Positions 9,995-20,000 of a DNA stretch of 20,000 bases are shown here, piece by piece. The notes beneath the pieces are model-generated. The model was not told the origin of the DNA and ran no database searches. It saw only the letters and a list, made by a program, of their open reading frames with translations. The translations under genes and the position numbers were made by a program. Each line of letters begins with the position of its first letter. Positions within the stretch are counted from its first letter, which is position 1. The DNA comes from Rotaria socialis (lineage: Eukaryota), in NCBI GenBank assembly GCA_905331295.1, contig CAJNYD010000098.1, positions 45,013-65,012 of the forward strand. Reading direction: 5' to 3'.

Positions 9995-12900
9995 CTAAGA
10001 AATCGAACGAACTGAAGTATCAATACGATGAGGTTCAACTAAATTTTTCATACGTGCAAACCATGGTTGAATTTTTGTATTGTTCATGAGATCTTGAAAT
10101 GCATCACTGCCTTCAATAGCTGTTAGAATGCCATAAACATTTAAATCGGCAAGATTTGGTTCGAATCCACCTAAATAAAATAAAAAAAAAGCATGATAAA
10201 CAAATTATTTCCTTAATAATATTTTAAATTCGAAAGAAAACCATACAAATAATGAAGAATAGTATATTTCATTGGATTATTATTAAAGTAAATTTGAGCC
10301 AAGAGAAATACTTATACCCTTCTAAAAATGTAAACTAGATAGATAGAAGCATTAACTAACATCAACTACTATGTCTGTCTGATGTAAAGAACTGTAATGC
10401 GAAACTAAGTTGGTCTACAAATGTGCCTCATAGTTGCATGTGAAATAATGTGTAGATACTTATCTAGTAAAAAAGCAAAAATGCCCTTCATCTGACAATA
10501 ACATATGATGAGTACAATAATTCATTGTGGAAAAAGTTTTGGCATTGAAACATTAAAAGTATAAAACAAATTAAATGAATTGCATAGTATTAGAATTTTT
10601 GATCGCAGCAGAGAAAAACAAGTCATTTCTAGTCTTGATCGTTGTCATTTATTTATTATTTCTATATTATACTTGATTAAACCTTTATACTTTGTAAACA
10701 TGTACCTTCAGAAGATTTAATGAAGCATAGAATTATAATTAATTTAGAATATTTCATTATTAATCAAGCATGTCAACTATCGAAATAATTCATCGAGCTA
10801 AGAGATTAGTTTCAATATTTTACATTTAATCGAATATTCTTTCTTCTACTCTTTATCCTATATTGAGTCATACTGACTCTAATATAAAGTTGAATCAAAA
10901 CATTAAAAAAATATTCGGCAGAACCTGTAAGAAACTTAACACATAAAATATTCGCGTTCTTCTTATTTGTTACCAGAGTTATTGAAGTATTTTTCAAATG
11001 AGTGAAAAAATTCCTTTTACTCTTTTTCATTTGTGTAGTTGCATTTTTATATGCGTGAAATTGACATATACATGAAACTACACATATGTAATCTATTTTC
11101 ATAATAGCATTTGAAATTTTTGTTGTGTAAGTAAAAGTAACATTTTCCATCATCATGCGAATCATTCCTTTAATGTATTCATCGAGAATAACATAAAAAA
11201 ATGTTCAAAACTTGAATAGAATAAATAGTCAATGCAAAAAGCTTTCCACGATTTTTTTAGAAATTATTTCATCTTAATTAAAATGAGATACAAATATAGG
11301 TGTTTTTGTTATGACTTTTTTTTATCCAGGCAACACATTAAGAATTGAAACAACTGGTTTTGAAGTGGAATTAGAACTAATTATTTCATATTATCAAAAG
11401 AAAATGAAAAAAAACTGTATTTCATCCAAAACAATCACCTACGTACGCATCTGATAATGTTTTATTTTCGAAAATAATTCAGATTTTGTCATTTAAGACA
11501 AATAATCTCTTTTTTTTATACCTGTCATGTCCGTATAGCAATTTTGTGTATTTTATTAGTGCCAGTAATAAAGGATTGGAAATCAGGATTACTTTAATTA
11601 TATCAATCTTCGAACTAATACCTCATTTTAAAGTTATGCATCTAACTAGAACATCTTTTCTGCTAATGAGATGTAATGAACTGTAGTTCAATAGCAGTCA
11701 TCACAAACTTCCCACTGCTATCGATAGGAATTTTCATATCAATTAAAGATAAAAACATGATATTATCATCATCATTTAATTGTTTGAATTCAACATGTCA
11801 CCGCCATGTAAATCTATATTTAGAATTCCACTGAATTAGTAATAAAAGAATAAATAAGAAATTTGAACTAAGTCTAAATGTATATAGTTGAAAGTAATCG
11901 AATTCTAGAAAATAAATAAACTACAGACAAACTTTTTCTTTTACAAAACTTAGCTAACTAAGAGATAGTTTAATTCAAACTAGAAACAAATGATTATCGC
12001 AATCAGTTCATGTATAACTTTAGCTTCAAAGTATAGTAAACATTTTAAAGTAAGNCGTCTTCTCTCCTCCAATCAATACAACAATGACATTATTCAAGCT
12101 GAAAAGCAGCAACTAAAAATTAATCCAACAACACCTAAGCAATCACCCCGTTTTCTGATTATATTATTTAAAAAAGCATAGTCTTACCATGAAAATCTTT
12201 ATCGCCAATAGTATTAACCCATTCGTCGCCACATTCATATAAAGAAATTCTAACATTGTCATTTAAATTATATTTTTTCTTCAGATGTATTGCTACACCA
12301 CGCATAACAATAGCTCCAAGATAAACAATAATCCAGCGTTGATACCATGGAAATATTTCTTCCCAATCACCAGCTTTTGAAAACCAACGAAATGTACTAA
12401 TGGATTGTCCTACTGTACAATAAATGTTTGGCGATATTACATGAACAAACTTATTATCGACCCATTCACGCCATTGGCGTTCAAATTCATTTTCTTCATC
12501 AGATTTCTTTTTATCAGTATTTTCGGATTGAACTATTTTTGAATCATTATTAGACTGTGCCGTTGATCTTGAAAACAATTTAGCAAAAAATGATTTACTT
12601 TGCTTATTATTTGTTGATTGTTGTTCTTCATTAGTTGTTTCTAATCGATCCAATACTGCTGGTTCAAAAATGAAATATCTATTTGGATAATTAAAACTTA
12701 TATTTCCTTTTTGATCTTTTTGAACAATAGCTTCATATAAGTTGATAATATTTTTAAATTTTTTTGTTGGTTGACGTAAATAAGATTCAATAGCCGATAT
12801 AATCATACTGGAATCGTTTAATTGTATCTGTTCATTTTCAATAACAACTATTGGTACTTTATTGTATAAAGACCATTTTGTTTCTGTATGTGTTACACTA

Positions 12901-13447
12901 TTCACTTCGACTATGTCGTATGGTATACGATTATAATTTAGATAAGCACGTACTTTACAGCAAAATGGGCTAAAAGTAAATAATAGAATTGAAATACAAA
13001 AAACAATTTATTCTATCATACAGACCAAGTCACATATTGATAAAGTGTTATGTTAAACGGAAAGTTTTTTCTTGGTAAAGCATCAAATGTAATATGTTTA
13101 GTCACGGGCGGTGGTACGGGACGAGTTTCTATAGCTTTTCGTTCAAGTAATTCAACGTTTGTAACATATTCAGGTAGATTCCCTTCATGTTTTCTTACAT
13201 GACGTAGAGCATAAATTGTACCAATTAGGGCTCCAGTAGCGATAGAAAATAAATAATAATGATAACGACGAAAACGGGGTGATTGCTTAGGTGTTGTTGG
13301 ATTAATTTTTAGTTGCTGCTTTTCAGCTTGAATAATGTCATTGTTGTATTGATTGGAGGAGAGAAGACGAAGATTAAAAGACAGAAAGCTTCGACGAAAT
13401 AAAGAAGAAGGAACACTTCGACTAGTTGAAATCAAACAGAGAGACAT
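9995..13447 (-). CDS. PTGES2: Prostaglandin E synthase 2 (mPGES-2; glutaredoxin/GST fold); 3 exons (13447-13026, 12969-12188, 10170-9995), 459 aa
   Basis: Splicing reconstitutes LYQYVTCPFCCKVRAYL (CPFC active site), YDIVEVN, YNKVP, QLNDSSMIIS, ERQWREWVDNKFVHVISPNIY and [44 protein letters not shown]. The N-terminus is S/R/L-rich and transit-peptide-like, followed by a hydrophobic helix. Intron 1 is 56 nt and intron 2 is ~2.0 kb. Confidence 0.94.
12056..12155 (+). repeat. Exact 100-bp inverted copy of PTGES2 exon 1 segment 13270-13369, directly after the single N at 12055
   Basis: Base-by-base comparison shows 12056-12155 equals the reverse complement of 13270-13369. The same peptide (RLLSSNQYNNDIIQAEKQQLKINPTTPKQSPRF) appears in ORF tracks 11990..12181(+) and 13016..13447(-). 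Confidence 0.95.
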
Positions 13448-14989
13448 TGGTTTAGATTGATCACAAATATATTACCATATAATGCAGTTAAATCATAATA
13501 TAGTATGCATATATGCGTATATTTGATGGAAAGTGTCATTAACCAATAGAAATCAATCCTAAGGGGATGTCACTCATATACTAATGCATAGAATCTTTCT
13601 CTATTTTATCAAAGCATTTGGAATATACAGATCCATATGATTTAATCAAGCTATGATATGTAGCCACAAATCAATCGATGTCTGATTTTTATGCACTCGA
13701 GCTTACATTAAACTAGATTGATGAATTGAGCTCTGCCAGAGAATGTACACGTATGTAATCGTATCTATATCGGACAGAGTTGTAAATATCATTTAGTATA
13801 CATGAAGATTTTTATACTCTAGAATATTTCTGTATATATATATATGCTATTTTGAACGATGCCAACTATTAATCCAAACGACTATCAAACATCTTGCATC
13901 AAGCTTTAAAAATATTGAGTATAACGATCATGGGATCAGCGGGTACTAAATTTTTCATTTTAATAGCCTGTGGATAGGAAAAACATTGATGTGTAAGACG
14001 TACACATAAGATGTCTGGACTATAATGAAAGCACTCATATTGCTCGTATTACTTACTTATTGCAAAGAAAAAATTTATGGCATTTCTAGAAAAATTTGAA
14101 AATCTTCATTAAACTAAAATAGTGGCACTAATGTCAATTGTCATAAAATATCACATAAAAGTATTTGAAATCATCACAATTCATTTTGTTCGAGACTAAA
14201 CAGCAAAAGATCTTTGTTGGCGTATACAAAAATCTCAGAAATCTAAATGAAGAATTGATATTAACAAAAACAAAAACGATAGTAAACTGTAGCTAACAAT
14301 AAAGATTATCGATTATGTATTCTTGTAATAGACATACTTTTAACTTGTATATAATCGTTGTTCCTAGAATAAAATATCAACAGAATTCAGTCGCATACGA
14401 TTATTTTTGTAACAGGATTCGATTTAAATACAATAATCAGAAATTTTTAAAGGCCAAATATTCTTTCATTTAATATTCAGGGAACAAGAATATGAATTAC
14501 GAAGATTTATAGAGTGGATTCTAAAGTTTAAATTTCACTATTGCATCTGTCGCTTTCATAGAATCTCTAGAGAAAACCAATTGAAATATCGAAGACTATC
14601 ATTTTGCTAGACGAAAAAAACAACATATTTATTTGAAATCGAATAAATGAAGTTATATTTTTTTATTGAACTACAACAAATCAGAAACATAGTTACTCGC
14701 AGACCGGTAAATACAGTACTATATCACCAATATACGTAAATTAATCTGAATATACTTTGGGAATTTGATGCAAGTCTAACATATAGTTTTGGATTACAAA
14801 TATATTAGTCAAGTATCGCATCTCATGTTAGACTCGATGTCATTACGCAGCACTACTATTGGGTTCGGTGCGTTCGAAATCTTACATATACACGTGTTTA
14901 TCGATGCATACACACTATTCGCATCACCTAATGTCATGCATATTATAAGATCAATCATCAAGACGCGGCATGCGATTGCTTAACTAGCG

Positions 14990-15015
14990 AAAACAAAAAC
15001 AAAAACAAAACAAAC
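14990..15015. repeat. Short A3-5C simple repeat
   Basis: aaaac aaaaac aaaaac aaaac aaac is visible directly. Confidence 0.7.
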
Positions 15016-15224
15016 TATTATAAACTCGTCAAGTCTATGAAAAACTGTAAAAACATATCTATGAATTAGCTAACATTCTTTTTTATTTGCATTTATATTA
15101 TTGTTATATGCAAATTCGACTATATATGCACTTGATCGCTACATCAATAAATATGTTTCTGCAGTGAACACAAATAAACGAAAAAAGAATTTCGTAAATA
15201 AAATTTTGTTGAATTGGAATGCAA

Positions 15225-15766
15225 TTAATTCCATTGTATCATACGTTTTTGTGTAAGAACTCTTTCAATGACTTTTCGCCATTGTTTACAACAAGAATTA
15301 GTCATTTGCCAGTCAGCTTTCATATTCATCTTTTCCAGGAACTATATAAGTTATTACTAAATGTGGACGATTAATTTTATAAAGACCATAAAACCCTATT
15401 AAATAAAAATTAGGAAAAACAAACGTTTCATTTATTTGTGCTTTCTTCTCTTCTCTTACAAGCTTGAGCATGAATATTTGTAATGGCGAAAAGAGGTATA
15501 TGTACAAAACCTCGATCTATACAGCAAGAAATACCGATAACTTGAGAAAATATACCGTCTTCTGTTAATACCAATTCCGCATTACCTAATCTCTTTCGGT
15601 AGATAATATTAAAATTATTAAAATAGAAGATACTCGACAGACATACTTGAAAACGACCTCGTTCCGTTGTTTCATGATACCGAAAAGCTTCACATTTCGT
15701 TTGAAGAACTATTGCTGAACGTATTCGATCATAGTTTAGTTCCTTAGCCGAAAGGCAACAGCCCAT
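15225..15766 (-). CDS. Small orphan protein with N-terminal MGCC myristoylation/palmitoylation motif; exons 15766-15647, 15592-15460, 15395-15313 (or to 15225 if a 1-nt frameshift at ~15318-15320 is corrected)
   Basis: Reads MGCCLSAKEL...GRFQ|GTATGT (54-nt intron) AAG|RLGNAELVLTEDGIFSQ...HIPLFAITNIHAQA|GTAAG (64-nt intron) TAG|WFYGLYKINRPHLVITYIVPGKDEYES*. The +1 frame continues as ADWQMTNSCCKQWRKVIERVLTQKRMIQWN*. Confidence 0.7.
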
Positions 15767-16178
15767 ACTGGTAAAATGTATTTTACACTATTTTTCACTC
15801 ATCGAACAGTACTCCGGTGATCAATCCCATTTGTTCGTTTTCAACATATATACTTCAAGGATGAGTCAACTCAAGAAAACAACATAGGTAACTCTCATAA
15901 AATCAGTTTGTTAAGAAATAATAGATCGATTTCAAAAGTAGCAACAGATGTCATCAGAAAAATATAATGTTATTATATTTGAGAATAAATTATCGCTTAG
16001 ATTTTCGATCATTATCAGTTAAAAGTAGTTTCTAGCTACATTGTAATATGGTCTTATTTTTGCTTTTTCATATGATTAAGAAAAACGACCTATAAAAAAA
16101 ATAAACAGGTTCATCTACCAACAATAGCATCAAGCTTTCCATAATATATTCATTTCATTTCATATGTATATTGTATTA

Positions 16179-16200
16179 TCTCTCTCTCTCTCTCTCTCTC
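16179..16200. repeat. (TC)11 microsatellite
   Basis: Directly visible dinucleotide run in the spacer between the two divergent orphan genes. Confidence 0.9.
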
Positions 16201-16713
16201 TTTCTCTTTGTGTTATTGTGAATTGTCATTCGTATTTTCTCTCGCCTATATGTATTTACTTGTATTGTATGTGAGATCGAAATTCTAAATTAAAATATAT
16301 TCATTCGATAAACATTATTATGAAAAGCGGAGGTAAGAATACTTCATGATTTTATTGTTATAGTTCGCTTCACTACTCTGTGCTAGATGTGCACTGCTAA
16401 CCGCAATAACATGTTGTTTATTGTTTGTTTTTCATATTTTAATATATCTTTGCAATTAAGACAAATACAAATAAATATATACTCAGTAAAGCAGTATAAA
16501 AGATTTTATTTTGTATTGTCGATAGCTGCTTCTTAATTTAATTTACAAAATAATTTCCGATTTGAGACGCAAAATTTGTTCTATTGCGTAATTTTTCTTG
16601 CTATTAGGCTGTTGACAACAAAGAAAGAAGAACGATTAAACTACTCTTTCTGTTTCTTTCCACCTATAGAAACTGAAAAGGAGACGCAAAAGGTTTTTTT
16701 CTTGTTTGCTACC

Positions 16714-18362
16714 ATGTCTTTACATGACGATGACAACCTTGACGCCGATGATGTTTTACCATTTGCTGATTATGAAATTGCTGCTGAAGTTCATGTTGAT
16801 CGTCCGACTTTTCATAACTCAAAACACAGTAATATTACAAGATTATCAAAGAAATCAAAAAAGAAACAATCCAATGTTGATAGTAATAATGGACCTGTCA
16901 AGCTACACTACACATCGTCTTCTGTATATTTTGAAAATACGCAAGAAGAAAATAATTTCATAAAATTTATTCCATATACAGGACCAAGTAATACATTACA
17001 TCTTGGGAAGTCTCTTTATCTTCCACAACTAATATCAAATACGGTTGATGATTCAACAGCTAGTTTTCAGCGTTTTATTCAAGATTATGATCGAGTAATA
17101 GAATCTCTAACATCTTCATTGGAGAATGTGTCTCTTTCTGTTTATTTACGTTTTGGAATTTCGTACATAACAAAAATGGATACTACCCGTGATCAATCAA
17201 TGTCACTTAGAGATTTTTCTATTCTTCGAATTCAAGGTTTTTATCAGAGAAAAACATTGAAATTCTTAAAATTAATATTTTGTTATTGTTTATCATAGGT
17301 AAAAAATTTAAAACATCATTCTATACATGCAAAGGTGTCACTTCACCAAAACGTCTTCTAACAACAATTATTAAACTTGATTATCATCAAATATCATCAA
17401 ATACATATTCATATGAGGTACAATTATATGGAGTAAAGAATAATATACATACTATTATTCATTTTCAATATGACCAACAATTTTACTGTCACTCGGTATT
17501 TTTTCGACAAGATTATCCGATTAATTTTGATTTTATCCGTAATAAAACATCAAGTATATTTTGTTCCATCGATGATTCGTATTCTGATATATTCGATTTT
17601 CGCATTCAATTAGCACGAGGAACAAAATTATCAAAAACTGATCCTATTGTTTTGAATGCATTACGTGGTGTACCTATCGATCGAGTCTTATATATTGACA
17701 CAAAAACTCAACTTTTACATGTTTCATCAAAATTAAACAAATTTGTTAAATATTTAAAAAGTACCCGTTCAAGTAGTTATAAAAATTTTGATGACCAATT
17801 TGTTATTCATATTGGTACATATGAAGAATTTCAATTAAATAGTCAAGGTGAATGTGAACCATTAATGAAAGCTTCGAATACAATGACAATTGAGTTACTT
17901 GATGTAAAAACGAAACCATCAGGGAAAAAACTTTATGATACTGGAATGTGGTTTTCTACATTATGTCAAACGTGTGTTGATTTACCTACAACAACAATAG
18001 GAGAGCATTCTAGTAAATCATGCAAGTGGTTTTCAAGTACATTTGGATGGGGAAAGAAATATAATCAATCCATAACACAAATGAATGTTAGCCAACTAAC
18101 AACATATAAAACACATCAATCGAACGCAACTTATACAAATGAAGAATTAGTACTTGTAAAAAAAATTTTAAGTGAAGAAAATCTACGAAATGTTTTACTT
18201 AATAGAAATAAGGAGAAATCTAATGATAAAAATGATATTGAACAAACGTTTGAAGATATTATGAAAATATTGAAAGCAAGCGTTGCACCATCAGCTGATG
18301 AAGCTATCAAAAAAGTTGAACGAGCATATCGTCTTATATGTAAAGAATTAGTACAGTCATAA
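16714..18362 (+). CDS. Uncharacterised 528-aa protein, 2 exons (16714-17236, 17299-18362), with a C-terminal degenerate J-domain-like segment
   Basis: ACCATG start at 16714. Two long ORFs (240 and 360 aa tracks) join in frame across a 62-nt intron (CAAG|GTTTTT...TTTATCATAG|GT). AATAAA follows shortly after the stop. The C-terminal ~75 aa align by eye to the DNAJB12/14-type J-domain. Confidence 0.85.
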
Positions 18363-18879
18363 ATGTACTTTATTCTTTAATAAATTGTTTTTGGATAATA
18401 TTTTTTTTACAAAGATTTTTCATTTATTACACACTGGTTTCAAAAAATGATTTTTGTTTACCTATAAACAACACAATATATTTAGTAGGTCATAATCCTC
18501 ATTCATTTATATTTCTTGTAATTTAGAAACATAAATTGATCGTAAATATGCAGTGACAACGATAATTTGCTTTTTTTGACAATTTTTTAATTACCAATAA
18601 TGTTTTACTTTGAAAATATTTAGAGAAAAATAGACTTCTTGAGAAAAAAAAGAGAAAAGAATACAGCGCACATATCAGTAATGAAAAATTTTCGAAAGAT
18701 ACTTTCCTAAAAAACTACTTTCTTAACTTACGCTAGAGTAGCTGTGATATAATATTCATGGCAATTGTTTATCAACGTATTTATATGAAGAAGTTCTTTT
18801 GAATTTCGACATTATACATAAAATTTTCACAATTATAGTTCGCTTGATGTTAAATAAATCTTCTGGTTCATTTTGGTAA

Positions 18880-19740
18880 TCAATATTATACGTAGAAATA
18901 GGGATGAAAACTAAATCTAGACAAGCTTTAATAAAGTGTCATCAGAGTTTTTCATCAGAATTACCAGCCTTTTCAAAGATTGTTCGAGCAATTCTTCCTG
19001 CTATTTTTTTGTTTAAGAGATGCAAAACTTTTAGACTGTTACTCTAGAGAAGGTAAAAAGGTAACTCTACGAAATTAAAAACGTCCAGAAAACTCATCGT
19101 CTTGTATAAAATAGTGTAAGAAATGATAGATATTTGTTTCCTATTCGATCGAATGCCATGTTTTGAGAATATTGACCTAAAAATGCATTGAAGTATTTTG
19201 AAGAATATTTTCGTAGTTCACAATCTATTGAGACTCATCGTTGATTAACTGAATTGAGATAATGACTATATGGTGAACATTAGAATCCGTCAATACTGAA
19301 ATCTTTAAGTTAGTCAACGACGAATATTGAATGATGCTTCGGATTCTGTTTCTATTTAAGTTAAGCTTTTTATTATCAGTCAAACTTATTTTTCTCAAGT
19401 ATAGCTAAATCATTTTTATTAACTGCATTCCCTAAAATAAATATCAGCTTTCCAACCTCTTTGTTGTTCATAATGTCCTGAAGAGTGATCTGATCGCTTT
19501 CAACGATGAATATATTAAATAAGAGATTTTTCGAGCAGTTTTGCTATGATTAGTGAACATATTTATTCTAGTGATAGCTCACTACTGGATAAGAAATTGA
19601 TGCATGGAATTGTTCTTATACGTGTTAATCATGGTATTATTTGAATAGTTTATGCAGTCTTGTAGCTGCTAATGAAAATTTAGAGCTGATTTTCGTACTA
19701 GTAACACTACTGTACTGTTAATTTTAAATGTCTATCTGCA
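18880..19740 (-). pseudogene. Possible heavily decayed coding remnant
   Basis: Protein-like fragments with many stops or frameshifts, e.g. SNSLKVLHLLNKKIAGRIARTIFEKAGNSDEKL**HFIKACLDLVFIP and DCELRKYSSKYFNAFLGQYSQNMAFDRIG. No family recognised. Confidence 0.15.
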
Positions 19741-20000
19741 TTTTTTTTTGTTTTTGCCACATGACTTAATTTTTTATGCGCTGCAAATATCATCAGAAAA
19801 AAATCGTCAAACGCAAACGAATAGAAACGCACAGCTTTATAGTATCACTATCTTCCGGGTACTGTCATAACAACTAAATCAATGGTCTCATAAACTTACA
19901 CTATAACGGATGGCCCAGAAATAATGAAGGGTTCGGTATTTCGTAAACATCTCCTATAGCTTTTATCCCTCAGGCTTCGTATTTCTTTAGAAAAATTCCT

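Noticed and set aside
11990..12181. 63-aa plus-strand ORF sharing a peptide with PTGES2 exon 1
   Set aside because: It is created by the 100-bp inverted duplicate and spans the N, so it is not an independent gene.
14766..14843. Inverted repeat AGTCTAACAT (14773-14782) / ATGTTAGACT (14825-14834) in a slightly GC-richer patch
   Set aside because: It has only a 10-bp perfect stem with a 42-nt loop and no recognisable miRNA, snoRNA or tRNA features, so it could arise by chance.
16564..16691. Direct repeat GAGACGCAAAA occurring twice upstream of the orphan gene
   Set aside because: There are only two 11-bp copies. It could be a promoter motif, but the sequence alone cannot support this.
16576..16713. 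Upstream TTG-initiated extension of the 240-aa ORF
   Set aside because: The context is eukaryotic. ACCATG at 16714 is the plausible start, and the extension looks like UTR sequence.

Overview
Strongly AT-rich eukaryotic (animal) genomic DNA with many short GT-AG introns of about 50-70 nt. The style suggests a bdelloid rotifer or similar invertebrate; this is inference. The core is a tightly packed, same-strand (minus) trio of spliced conserved genes: PTGES2 (13447-9995), APH-1 (9901-8924) and GPD1 (8700-7392). They are separated by only 93 and 223 bp, and splice-acceptor-like AGs lie just upstream of the downstream ATGs, an operon/trans-splicing-like layout. A GT-AG pair could also fuse PTGES2 to APH-1 in frame. 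Other features: a ~1.1 kb internally deleted hAT DNA transposon (2702-3826); a small MGCC-lipidated orphan gene with an apparent 1-nt frameshift; a 528-aa two-exon orphan ending in a degenerate HPD-less J-domain-like segment; a possible tail-anchored membrane protein gene; several decayed exon-like remnants; and an exact 100-bp inverted copy of PTGES2 exon 1 beside the only N, probably an assembly artefact. All gene models were spliced by hand, and no database searches were run.
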